Source: Pseudomonadota bacterium (GTDB taxonomy: Bacteria; Bdellovibrionota_B; Oligoflexia; Oligoflexales; RGVZ01). Taken from it: 64,000 nucleotides of DNA. The translations under genes were made by a program, and so were the position numbers. The notes below the pieces were generated by a model. It had not been told where the DNA came from, ran no database searches, and saw only the letters and a program-made list of their open reading frames with translations. Positions 28,571 to 37,461 of the stretch are shown here, piece by piece; position 1 is the stretch's first letter, and every line of letters starts with the position of its first letter. The stretch lies in assembly GCA_041178085.1 (NCBI GenBank), contig JBEGVZ010000037.1, forward strand, positions 1 through 64,000, in the 5' to 3' direction.

Positions 28571-29547
28571 GGCAAATGCTCCTGATAGCAAACCGATCGA
28601 TGTGTGGCAGAAAATTTCCTGACCGGGATCTCGACGTTCATGCGGCATTGTTCATTTACATGGGGGCACCGTGGCGCAAACGCACATCCGGGGGGCAGTC
28701 TGGATGTATCTGGTGGCAATCCCGGAATGCTGAACAAATCGCCAGACCGGCTTTGCGCCAGCGATGGGGCGGAGCGCAAAAGTCCATCCGTGTAGGGATG
28801 GGCTGTGCTGTGAAAAACTTCCCGCACCGTGCCATGCTCCACTGGACGCCCCGCATACATGACCATCACGTTGTCAGTGACGCCGGCAACAACACCAAGA
28901 TCGTGTGTGATCAGGATCAAGGCCATTCCGTAGCTCTTCTGCAACTGCTTGAGCAATTCGAGGATCTGCGCCTGCACCGTCACGTCGAGCGCCGTTGTCG
29001 GCTCGTCGGCGATCAACAGCTTGGGCCGGTTCATGAGCGCCATGGCGATCATCACGCGTTGGCGCATGCCTCCAGAAAACTGGTGAGGATATTGCGAGAG
29101 TCGTTGAGCGGGATCCGGGATCCCGACTTCCTCGAGGCGCTCGATGGCGATGTCCCGGGCCTCGGCCCGCGTCACCTTCCGGTGAGCCGTAACGACTTCG
29201 GTCAATTGTTGGCCAACCGTAAGGAAAGGATTCAGCGAAGTCATCGGATCCTGGAAAATCATGGAAATCTCAGATCCAAGGATACGCCTCATTTCGCGGC
29301 GCGGTGCAGCGACGAGGTCCAAGCGCCCTTCCCACAAAGCACTTCCACCGATAACCTTGCCTGGCGGCGTCGGAATCAGCCCCAGGATGGATTGCATCGT
29401 AACCGACTTCCCTGAACCGGACTCCCCGACAATGCCAAGCGTTTCGAACCTTTCGATCGCGAAACTGACACCATCAACCGCTTTGACAACTCCGTCGCGC
29501 GTGAAGAAATGAGTCCGCAGGTCTTTGACTTCAAGTAATGCTCCCAT
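28567..29547 (-). CDS. oppD: Oligopeptide ABC transporter ATP-binding protein
   Basis: [24 protein letters not shown]. Confidence 0.92.
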   Translation of the reverse strand: MGALLEVKDLRTHFFTRDGVVKAVDGVSFAIERFETLGIVGESGSGKSVTMQSILGLIPTPPGKVIGGSALWEGRLDLVAAPRREMRRILGSEISMIFQDPMTSLNPFLTVGQQLTEVVTAHRKVTRAEARDIAIERLEEVGIPDPAQRLSQYPHQFSGGMRQRVMIAMALMNRPKLLIADEPTTALDVTVQAQILELLKQLQKSYGMALILITHDLGVVAGVTDNVMVMYAGRPVEHGTVREVFHSTAHPYTDGLLRSAPSLAQSRSGDLFSIPGLPPDTSRLPPGCAFAPRCPHVNEQCRMNVEIPVRKFSATHRSVCYQEHLP

Positions 29548-29551
29548 TGCC

Positions 29552-30508
29552 CTAGTCCTTGCTCGCCTTTGGATCAAGGGCGTCACGCAGCCCGTCACCA
29601 AGGAAGTTGAGCGCAAAAAGTGTGGAAACAAGCGTCAAACAAGGAAAAACCAGCATCCACGGGTAGGTTTCCATTGCCGAAACACCGCTCGAGATCAAAG
29701 TCCCCCAGCTGGACATGGGTTCCTGAACCCCAAGCCCAAGGAAGCTCAGAAAGGCCTCTTCGAGCATCACCTGGGGAATCGTCAAAGTAACAAACACGAT
29801 GACCGGCCCGAGCGTGTTGGGAATGATGTGGCGCAGGATGATTCTTGCCCGCGTGACTCCGGTTGCCTCCGCAGCCTCGACAAAATCAGAGCGACGAAGA
29901 CTCACCACCTGGCCGCGGACAATCCTTGCCATCGTGAGCCATGAGATCGCACCAAGAGCCAGGAACAAAACGTAAATATTGCGCCCGACCAGGACCATCA
30001 AGATGATGACGAAGAAAGTAAACGGCAAGGCGTAAAGAATTTCGACAATCCGCATCATGACATTATCAACGCGGCCGCCGGCATAGCCGGAAATCGCACC
30101 GTAAACGACACCAATGGTCACGCTTACGAAAGTCGAGAGGATCCCAACCATCAGGGATACACGGCCGCCGTAAAGTATCCGGCTGAACAAGTCCCTGCCA
30201 AGATCATCGGTGCCGAAAAGATGAAGGGTATCTGGAGGCACAGCCCCGAGGGCCAGATCTGTCTCTTCGTAGGAAAATGGTGCAATCCATGGCGCCAAAA
30301 CAGCCATCACGGCGACGATAATCAGGTAAATCATCCCGGCGGTTGCCATTTTGTTTTTGAGAAGCCTGCTCCAGGCGTCCTGCCATAGGCTGCGGCCTTT
30401 CTCGCCCGACGCCGCTACAACGTCGCCCCCCTCGCCCAGCGAAGCTGGCTGGTCCAGGTTTTCCAGCATGGATCCTACGATATCCCTTGTGACTGCGTTG
30501 CTATTCAT
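29552..30508 (-). CDS. oppC: Oligopeptide ABC transporter permease
   Basis: SLWQDAW, FGTDDLGRD, EAA loop, EAFLSFLGLG. Confidence 0.92.
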   Translation of the reverse strand: MNSNAVTRDIVGSMLENLDQPASLGEGGDVVAASGEKGRSLWQDAWSRLLKNKMATAGMIYLIIVAVMAVLAPWIAPFSYEETDLALGAVPPDTLHLFGTDDLGRDLFSRILYGGRVSLMVGILSTFVSVTIGVVYGAISGYAGGRVDNVMMRIVEILYALPFTFFVIILMVLVGRNIYVLFLALGAISWLTMARIVRGQVVSLRRSDFVEAAEATGVTRARIILRHIIPNTLGPVIVFVTLTIPQVMLEEAFLSFLGLGVQEPMSSWGTLISSGVSAMETYPWMLVFPCLTLVSTLFALNFLGDGLRDALDPKASKD

Positions 30509-31418
30509 AGCGCACCCGTGGGTCCAAAAATGCGTAAATGACATCCGTCACGAGGTTGCAAAGTAAAACCAGGACAGCAAGAAAAAGCACCGTACCCATG
30601 ACCAGGGTATAATCCCGGTTGAGGGCCGACTGGACAAAGAAACGCCCAAGCCCCGGGATGTTGAAGATGGTTTCCACCACGAGGGATCCGGTCACCACCG
30701 CGGCCACAGCCGGGCCCATGAAGGACACGACAGGAAGCAGTCCCCCCCTCATCGTATGACGGACCATGATGGCGAAACCGGACAGTCCCTTGGCTTTGGC
30801 CGTGCGGATATAATCCTGGCGGATGATATCCATCAGCCCAGCCCTGGTCAGTCGAGAAATGTACGCCGCATAACTAGTACCAAGCGTAAGGCTTGGCAGG
30901 ATCATGTCCTTCCACGAGTCCCATCCAGCAACAGGCAGCCACTTCAGTGTCGAGGCAAAAACCAGGACCAGAAGGGGACCGATCACGAATGAAGGCATGC
31001 AGATGCCAAGCATCGATATGCCCATGGCAGAATAATCCCTGACCGAGTTCGGCTTGCTGGCCGCAAAAAGCCCTGCGGCAACACCAAGGAGCAGCGCATA
31101 GATCAGTGCGAGGATCCCAAGTGTGGCTGACACAGGGAAAGTCTCTGCAATGATGTCATTCACAGACCGCCCGGCGTAGCGAAACGATGGACCCAGGTCA
31201 AAGCGTGCCAGCTGGCCAAGAAAGCGTCCGTACTGGACAAGAAGGGGATCATTCAGGTGGTACTGTTCTTCAATGTTCTTCAAAATTTCCGCGGGTATCT
31301 GCCGTTCTGAGTCAAACGGACCGCCAGGAGCAGCCTTCATCAGAACGAACGTCAGCGTGGCAATGATCCACAGCACGGGAATCATCGCAAGCAAGCGTTT
31401 CAGGATGTAAAGGATCAT
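30501..31418 (-). CDS. oppB: Oligopeptide ABC transporter permease
   Basis: APGGPF, DLGPSF, YIRTAKAKGL, ETIFNIPGLG, DPRVR. Confidence 0.92.
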   Translation of the reverse strand: MILYILKRLLAMIPVLWIIATLTFVLMKAAPGGPFDSERQIPAEILKNIEEQYHLNDPLLVQYGRFLGQLARFDLGPSFRYAGRSVNDIIAETFPVSATLGILALIYALLLGVAAGLFAASKPNSVRDYSAMGISMLGICMPSFVIGPLLVLVFASTLKWLPVAGWDSWKDMILPSLTLGTSYAAYISRLTRAGLMDIIRQDYIRTAKAKGLSGFAIMVRHTMRGGLLPVVSFMGPAVAAVVTGSLVVETIFNIPGLGRFFVQSALNRDYTLVMGTVLFLAVLVLLCNLVTDVIYAFLDPRVRYE

Positions 31419-31471
31419 CGCTTTCCCCATGCGCCGGGCACAGTCCCGGCGCGTTCAAAAAAGATCCCCTG

Positions 31472-33130
31472 TTACTTCGTCATCACGTAGTTCTTGAGCG
31501 GCATGGAATCGAGGATGTTCGACTTCCACGGCACTGCATTCAAGGCGCCATCGAGCAAAGCAACCTTTCGGCTTTGCAGGCGGTTCCGCGTGTACACATA
31601 AATCGGGATGACCGGCATTTCGGACATCAGGATCGTTTCGGCCTTCTTGAAGATGGCATGGCGCGATGCTTGATCCTTGGCCCTTGCGGCTTCTGCGATC
31701 AAACGATCGTAATCTTTGTTGGACCATCCGGTGTTGTTGTTGCCACCACCAGTGACCCACATGTCCAGAAAGGTATTTGGATCAGGGTAATCACCGATCC
31801 ATGCTGAGCGCGAGACAGCGTAGTTCATCTGGGCTTGGCTGGTCAGGTAGACCTTCCACTCCTGATTATACAAACCAACTTCAATCCCCAGGTGTTTCTT
31901 CCACATCTGCTGGATGGCGATGGCAATCTTCTTGTGGTCCTCGGATGTGTTGTAGAGGATGTCAAGTTTGGGGAACCCCTTGCCACCAGGGAACCCGGCA
32001 TCTGCGAGCAGTTTTTGCGCTTCAGCAAGCGCCGCAGGCGTCATGGTCGCGTTCAGAGTACCATCAAACGTGTATCCGGCTGTGTTGGGTGGAGTAAACC
32101 CAAGGGCCGGCGTCTGGCCACCAAGCGTAACCTTTTCAATCAACGTCTTGCGATCGATCGTCAAGGCAAGGGCCCTGCGCACACGCTTGTCATCAAGTGG
32201 CTTTTTGTTCACGTTCAAGCGGTAGAAATAGGTGCCCAGGTACGGATGGCTCTGGTACGGGTGCTGCTCCGGACTCGATTCTTTCTCTTTTGCATACTTC
32301 GGGATCCGCAGCGACGGGACCGTGTTGGTCATGTCGAGCTCGCCCTGGTGAAACATCTTATTTTCGGTGTCGATGTTTTCGATGGGCAGGAATACTGCTT
32401 CAGAGAGCTTCACTTTACCAGCATCCCAGTAGTTCTCATTGCGGACCATTTTTATGTGCTTGTTGATCTTCCACTCCGTCAGGCGGAAGGGGCCGTTGGA
32501 CACCATCTTGCCTTCGTGGGTCCACTCTTCCTCACCGTACTTCTTGATGATGTGGGCAGGCACAGGATAGAGCGTGTAAAAACTGGTCAAACGCAGGAAG
32601 AAAGGCGTCGAGGATTTTAGCGTGACGACCAGGGTGCGCTTGTCCGTCGCCTTGACGCCAACTTTTGCAGGATCCTTGATCTTGCCCGTATTGAACTCTT
32701 CGCCATTCTCCAGGTAGTACAGCTGGTAGGCATATTCTGACGCTGTCTTGGGCGCGAGGGCCCTCAGCCACGACGAAACAAAATCCTCGGCCGTCAGCGG
32801 CGTGCCGTCGGACCACTTTGCATCAGGGCGGATGTTGAACGTATAGGTCTTGCCATCCCGGGATACCTTCCACGAAGACGCCATGCCCGGGGTCGGCTCC
32901 AGGGTCACCGGATCCTGTCCGGTCAGTCCTTCAAAGAGGTTTTGCAAAATATGATGTTCCGGTACGCCGGTCACTTTGGCCGGGTCGAGGCCCTTGGGCT
33001 CTGTGCCGTTGCCGATACGGATCACCTGTTGATCGGCTAGCGGAAGGGCTGCCAGGGTATTGGGCGCGTTTTGCACGACATAAGCCAAGAGCGCCGGAAT
33101 CAAAACTTTTTGGGCCAGGTTTGCAAACAT
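31472..33130 (-). CDS. oppA: Oligopeptide ABC transporter substrate-binding protein
   Basis: EPKGLDP, LFEGL, AKWSDG, NGPF, WIGDYPDP; GAGGAGG RBS. Confidence 0.93.
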   Translation of the reverse strand: MFANLAQKVLIPALLAYVVQNAPNTLAALPLADQQVIRIGNGTEPKGLDPAKVTGVPEHHILQNLFEGLTGQDPVTLEPTPGMASSWKVSRDGKTYTFNIRPDAKWSDGTPLTAEDFVSSWLRALAPKTASEYAYQLYYLENGEEFNTGKIKDPAKVGVKATDKRTLVVTLKSSTPFFLRLTSFYTLYPVPAHIIKKYGEEEWTHEGKMVSNGPFRLTEWKINKHIKMVRNENYWDAGKVKLSEAVFLPIENIDTENKMFHQGELDMTNTVPSLRIPKYAKEKESSPEQHPYQSHPYLGTYFYRLNVNKKPLDDKRVRRALALTIDRKTLIEKVTLGGQTPALGFTPPNTAGYTFDGTLNATMTPAALAEAQKLLADAGFPGGKGFPKLDILYNTSEDHKKIAIAIQQMWKKHLGIEVGLYNQEWKVYLTSQAQMNYAVSRSAWIGDYPDPNTFLDMWVTGGGNNNTGWSNKDYDRLIAEAARAKDQASRHAIFKKAETILMSEMPVIPIYVYTRNRLQSRKVALLDGALNAVPWKSNILDSMPLKNYVMTK

Positions 33131-33186
33131 TGAGAGCTTCCTCCTCAAAGGACGACCGTAAAACAAACACATCGCCTCACCTGATT

Positions 33187-33213
33187 TTATCGGTGCGGAG
33201 ACACTGATGTCGA
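33187..33213 (-). promoter_or_regulatory. sigma28 (FliA)-like promoter
   Basis: Minus strand TCGA-N15-ACCGATAA upstream of oppA. Confidence 0.4.
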
Positions 33214-33295
33214 TGAATTGGAGATTGGTCTTGAAAGAAACTCTCAGATGGGAAACTAGCCCAAGCTGATCTTTGGTGTCAACAGCGGGCTTCGA

Positions 33296-33532
33296 CTATT
33301 TTTTAACCGGCACGCAGGAAATCGCACCGCCTTGCATGGAACACATTGTCCCGTTGGGGCATTTGAACATGGCGCTGGCACAATCCGAATCCTTAGGCAG
33401 CCTATGCTTGGTGTCTGTTCTTTTTGCTGTCGCCGCCCCTGACGGTCCCTCTGGCGAAGTCTTGGACCGGGCGCCGCACCCAACAAGCAAGAACACGATC
33501 GAAAAAATCCCTGCCCATGTTTTCTGTCTCAT
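33296..33532 (-). CDS. Small lipoprotein with a 4-Cys FOLN/follistatin-N-like module
   Basis: Lipobox LVGC; CASAMFKCPNGTMCSMQGGAISCVP; ATG overlaps the TGA of the upstream gene (ATGA). Confidence 0.7.
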   Translation of the reverse strand: MRQKTWAGIFSIVFLLVGCGARSKTSPEGPSGAATAKRTDTKHRLPKDSDCASAMFKCPNGTMCSMQGGAISCVPVKK

Positions 33533-35307
33533 TGGCAAAACCCCGTTGCAGGATTATAGGCCAGCGGTGGGTTGCAACACTGGCAAAACCCCTTGTCATA
33601 CACGCAGCCTTTGTTACATGGCCCGGGCTCCGGCGCTTCCTGGCCGCACATATCCATCCAAAGACCGTTGACCAGGGTGGGCGTACACACACAGTGGTTC
33701 GGATAATCCCGCGGCGGACAACTTCCAGCTCCGCATTGAACGATCGTTCCCCCGCACGCCGGCGGCGGCGGCGGCGTCGGCGTCGGCGGATCAACGGAAG
33801 GCGGCGGCGTCGGCGGCGGCGGATCAACGGAAGGCGGCGGCGTCGGCGGCGGCGTCGGCGGATCAACGGAAGGCGGCGGCGTCGGCGGGCCAACGGAGGG
33901 CGGCGACGTCGGCGGATCAACGGAAGGCGATGGCGTCGGCGGCGGCGTCGGTGGTAGTCCGCCTGACATCACCGCACAACCACCACCCTGCGCAAGCGGA
34001 TTACAACCTGGGGGCGCAACGCAGCAAACACTTGAGGTACCCTGTAACAGCGGATTCCAGTTTGCTACCGCACAACGCTGCTGACCTTGTTCACACTCAT
34101 CGCTATTTTTTGATGGAGCTTTCAATTGCCAGCAGTCTGTCCTGTTGCCCTTCAAGCAAAGGCAATATGGATCGCTGAACAGTGCGTGAAATTTCTTTTT
34201 GTTTTCCTCTGTGGGAGCGAGGCAATACGCATCTCCCCCACACATGTCCTTTGAATTGTCTTCAAACTTGTTGTCAGAGTTGTACCCCGCGCGAATATAA
34301 GGACATCCGGTGACCGCAAGGCAAAGCGTGTTGCCGACCGTGGCCCCTTCCTTGTTGCAGTCCTCGTATTCACACTTCGCATCCTTCCCACGCGTAACGC
34401 ATTCCTCGATACAACTGGGGCGTTGCTGGTCTTCCAGCGTATTGCTGGACTCAGGATGCCGCTCATCGTAGGCCTTGGCGCACTGACCCCGCAAGTCAGC
34501 ATCTGTTGGCGGCTGCGTCGACCCTGATGCACAGGGTTTGACGATCGGTATATCCGGGCACTGGGGCAAAGGTTTAATTTTTTCGAGATTGTCATTGCAC
34601 GCCTTATAGGCTGCCCCACACTCGATCAACCAACCAACCTTGGACCCGTATTTGCAGACGTTCAAGAGAGCGCTGCCGTAGGGGTTCTCTTTAAGCGCCT
34701 CTTTTGCCGCCTCTGTCAGGCACTTGGTGGCGCCACAAACAAGTTTGCCGAAGCCTTCATCGGGCGCTCCCCCGTTGCTGATTTTCCTGAGAGCCTCCCT
34801 CAGTTTATCCATGGCTTCGTTGCATTCTTTGCCTTCAGTTATAGGTAGTCCGGTGATGCCATCAAGGAACCCAAGACCAATGTCGATCGCCGTGTCTTCC
34901 AGTGGTTTGACCAGGCATTTGTCACAAAGCGTCTGACATTGTGGACCTGCACCGGGAGGAATGCTGCGACAAATCTTTTCTTTGACCTCATCGATTGCAT
35001 CATCAATGGGATCCAGCACGAGATTCAGACACTGACCAACCCATACCCAAGCCTGGTCAGCAACGTCCTTGCAAATTTCCGGCACCGTACCGTGGACATA
35101 GGTCGATGCGTCAATGATCCCTTCCTGAATGCTCGTACAAAGGCTATCGACCGCAGCCTGACAGGCGCTGGGTAATTGCACCGGGTTATAAGGCACCTGG
35201 GAAAAGCCGGTGGCTGGCAGGCACACAAAGTGAAGAAGAATCCCAGCCGCATTGCGGCGCAGGAAAGACCCTTTAGGTACCTTGGCAAGAAAATCCATTC
35301 GGAACAC
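33529..35307 (-). CDS. Large Cys-rich secreted protein with Pro/Thr stalk (592 aa, 47 Cys)
   Basis: Signal-peptide-like N-terminus, helical Cys-rich region, PPTPPPSVD repeats, 12-Cys C-terminal tip. Confidence 0.8.
   Translation of the reverse strand: MFRMDFLAKVPKGSFLRRNAAGILLHFVCLPATGFSQVPYNPVQLPSACQAAVDSLCTSIQEGIIDASTYVHGTVPEICKDVADQAWVWVGQCLNLVLDPIDDAIDEVKEKICRSIPPGAGPQCQTLCDKCLVKPLEDTAIDIGLGFLDGITGLPITEGKECNEAMDKLREALRKISNGGAPDEGFGKLVCGATKCLTEAAKEALKENPYGSALLNVCKYGSKVGWLIECGAAYKACNDNLEKIKPLPQCPDIPIVKPCASGSTQPPTDADLRGQCAKAYDERHPESSNTLEDQQRPSCIEECVTRGKDAKCEYEDCNKEGATVGNTLCLAVTGCPYIRAGYNSDNKFEDNSKDMCGGDAYCLAPTEENKKKFHALFSDPYCLCLKGNRTDCWQLKAPSKNSDECEQGQQRCAVANWNPLLQGTSSVCCVAPPGCNPLAQGGGCAVMSGGLPPTPPPTPSPSVDPPTSPPSVGPPTPPPSVDPPTPPPTPPPSVDPPPPTPPPSVDPPTPTPPPPPACGGTIVQCGAGSCPPRDYPNHCVCTPTLVNGLWMDMCGQEAPEPGPCNKGCVYDKGFCQCCNPPLAYNPATGFCQ
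33758..33955. repeat. Imperfect tandem repeat encoding the PPTPPPSVD/PPTP stalk
   Basis: Recurring cggcggcgtcggcggatcaacggaagg units with variable cgg triplets. Confidence 0.85.
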
Positions 35308-35333
35308 TCACTCCAGTCCACCAGACCAGATGT

Positions 35334-35361
35334 CGATCGGCATTCAAACGATCAAAAGTGA
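35334..35361 (-). promoter_or_regulatory. sigma28 (FliA)-like promoter
   Basis: Minus strand TCAC-N16-GCCGATCG, about 27 bp upstream of the 35307 start. Confidence 0.35.
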
Positions 35362-35395
35362 GGGTAACCGGTAAAACGCTGGCTTGACTGGTTCG

Positions 35396-36415
35396 CTAGT
35401 GGTTTATTTTATTTATTATTATCAATTGGTTACAGGAATCCAAAGCCTCGAAAACGATATCGGGCCCCGCCCCCTTGAACCACGTGATCTGGCGTTTGGC
35501 GTATTGGCGGGTGGCGATCACGATGGCGTCGCGCACCTGCTGCAGTTCCGTGGAATCCAGGCCCGCGTGAAGTCCAGCCGTCACAGACTTCGTCGATTGC
35601 TCCTGAAGCGCCGCAGCCACCTCGCGGTATCCGATAGCCTGCATTGGCTTGGCGTGCAGCGGGCAGCCCGCCGCGAGTAATCCCCGCACCTCTTCCACCA
35701 GACCACTTGCCAGCATCTCATCCACACGCTGCGCGATGCGTTCGTGCAAGCCTGCACGATCGGGATTCAGGAAAACGATCAATGTGTTTTGCCGCACGTC
35801 TGTCCGCTGCGCACCGGCCGTGGCCGCGCGCCCTGCATCCTCGCCTGACAAACTCATCATTGCCGACACGGGCTTTCCCGTCAGGCGGCAAAGTTCCACC
35901 GCACGCAGGATCCGCACCCGGTCGTTCGGGTGCAACTGTGCAGCGCGAGCGGGGTCCAGGGATTCAAGTTCTTGCCAAAGGTCCTCTGTCGAAATCTGTT
36001 GAAGCGTCGCCCGAAGCGTTTCATCCTTGGGCAAATCGGCTTCAAATCCCTGACCCAGAAAAGCACGCAAATAAAGCCCTGTGCCGCCGACAAGAATCGG
36101 CAATGCACCGCGCGCGCGGATGGATGAGACGGTCTCGTGCGCCAAAGTTGCGTAACGCCCGGCATCGAAATCTTCGTGCCACGAAACGACGTCAATCAAG
36201 TGATGGGGGAATTCGCTACGTTCTGAAAGAGATGGCTTCGCAGATCCAATGTTAAAGTCCCGGTAGACTTGCACCGAGTCGCAGCCGACAATTTCTGCCT
36301 TGATGCCCCTCACCTGCGCCAACTGCCGTGCAAGGTTCATGGCAAAGGCGCTCTTGCCGCTGGCCGTTGGCCCGACAATTGCCACTTGATGAAGTTTTTG
36401 TTCGAGCTGGATCAA
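35396..36415 (-). CDS. miaA: tRNA dimethylallyltransferase
   Basis: GPTASGKS, DSVQVY, VGGTGLY, QAIGY, TRQYAKRQITWF. Confidence 0.96.
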   Translation of the reverse strand: MIQLEQKLHQVAIVGPTASGKSAFAMNLARQLAQVRGIKAEIVGCDSVQVYRDFNIGSAKPSLSERSEFPHHLIDVVSWHEDFDAGRYATLAHETVSSIRARGALPILVGGTGLYLRAFLGQGFEADLPKDETLRATLQQISTEDLWQELESLDPARAAQLHPNDRVRILRAVELCRLTGKPVSAMMSLSGEDAGRAATAGAQRTDVRQNTLIVFLNPDRAGLHERIAQRVDEMLASGLVEEVRGLLAAGCPLHAKPMQAIGYREVAAALQEQSTKSVTAGLHAGLDSTELQQVRDAIVIATRQYAKRQITWFKGAGPDIVFEALDSCNQLIIINKINH

Positions 36416-36418
36416 GGA

Positions 36419-37429
36419 TCAATTGGTACCGATAAATGAGCGGCAGGTTTCCTCTGCACCCAGCACGCCGCTGCGCCCCATCGAACTGACCATTTTCTCA
36501 AACAAGTAACCACCGACGTTCCCGCCGACCACGGTCAACTTGTTCAGGTCCTCAGGCATTGGACACGCGGCCTTGCAGCCTAGTTTATCCACCGTGGCAC
36601 CGCCGCCACCGAAAATCCCGTCAACGGCATTACCGGCAGTCGTGCCCGTATTGCTTTGCATGGCAATGCAGCCAGCCTGATAGCCTGAGCAAAGCGAACG
36701 CCAGAAAGTCATGAAGCCCTGGTAACCGGGCTGACCTGTGGATTCACCGGTCGACGCACAGGAGGCAGCCTGGGAAAGGAGATGGCAGAATCCGACCGAG
36801 CGTGCTGAACCTAGCACTGAATGATTGCCGGCAACCCCCTGCCAGGAAGAGCCTAGCCCTGCACCAAAACAACGTAGCGATTCGGGCGAAAGATCGCAAA
36901 AACCTGCCACGGCGTTGCATGGGGTATGCGAACCAATAATCCCGTCGAACGACCCACCGGCGCCTTCGATGACCTGGGCACAACTGTGACATGCATTTGC
37001 GTTGAAACGTACGGAAGACTCCTGAAGGCAGCGGCGCATCTTCAAAGTGTAGGCCTTGAACTGGGCGTTGGAGTCACAGCCCTTCACAAATGCATAATCC
37101 CCGCTGGCCAGACCGGTCACACCGGCACAGGTCTGGTAGTAACCGAGTAGCCTGTTCTTCTCCCCCTCGTCGCAATCAGTCAGACAGAGACGAAGGCGCA
37201 TGTAGTAGCCACACTCCATTTCCTTGAGGCCAAGTTCACTCGGATCGGCCGTCACAACAAAGGGATTGCGACAAGACTGAGCCAAGGATGGGCTGGTCTG
37301 CCAGTTGGAGCAGGCTGGCCTTACTTCCTCGCGCAGGCTTGCCGAGGTTTGGTCAGAGCGGGAACGACAGGCGGAGAAAACGGAAGTCAGGAGGAAAAGG
37401 AGAAGGAAAAAATGGACCGAGCGACGCAT
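36419..37429 (-). CDS. Cys-rich lipoprotein (336 aa, 21 Cys) between mutL and miaA
   Basis: Lipobox FSAC; GAGGG RBS; 32-bp and 3-bp gaps to the flanking genes. Confidence 0.78.
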   Translation of the reverse strand: MRRSVHFFLLLFLLTSVFSACRSRSDQTSASLREEVRPACSNWQTSPSLAQSCRNPFVVTADPSELGLKEMECGYYMRLRLCLTDCDEGEKNRLLGYYQTCAGVTGLASGDYAFVKGCDSNAQFKAYTLKMRRCLQESSVRFNANACHSCAQVIEGAGGSFDGIIGSHTPCNAVAGFCDLSPESLRCFGAGLGSSWQGVAGNHSVLGSARSVGFCHLLSQAASCASTGESTGQPGYQGFMTFWRSLCSGYQAGCIAMQSNTGTTAGNAVDGIFGGGGATVDKLGCKAACPMPEDLNKLTVVGGNVGGYLFEKMVSSMGRSGVLGAEETCRSFIGTN

Positions 37430-37461
37430 GACGACCCTCTTCTGATTGATTAAAAATAGTC

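Noticed and set aside
33402..33957. Poly-Arg ORFs (33402-33920 minus, 33424-33957 plus) resembling protamines
   Set aside because: They are alternative-frame readings of the CCG/CGG-rich Pro stalk of the 592-aa gene.
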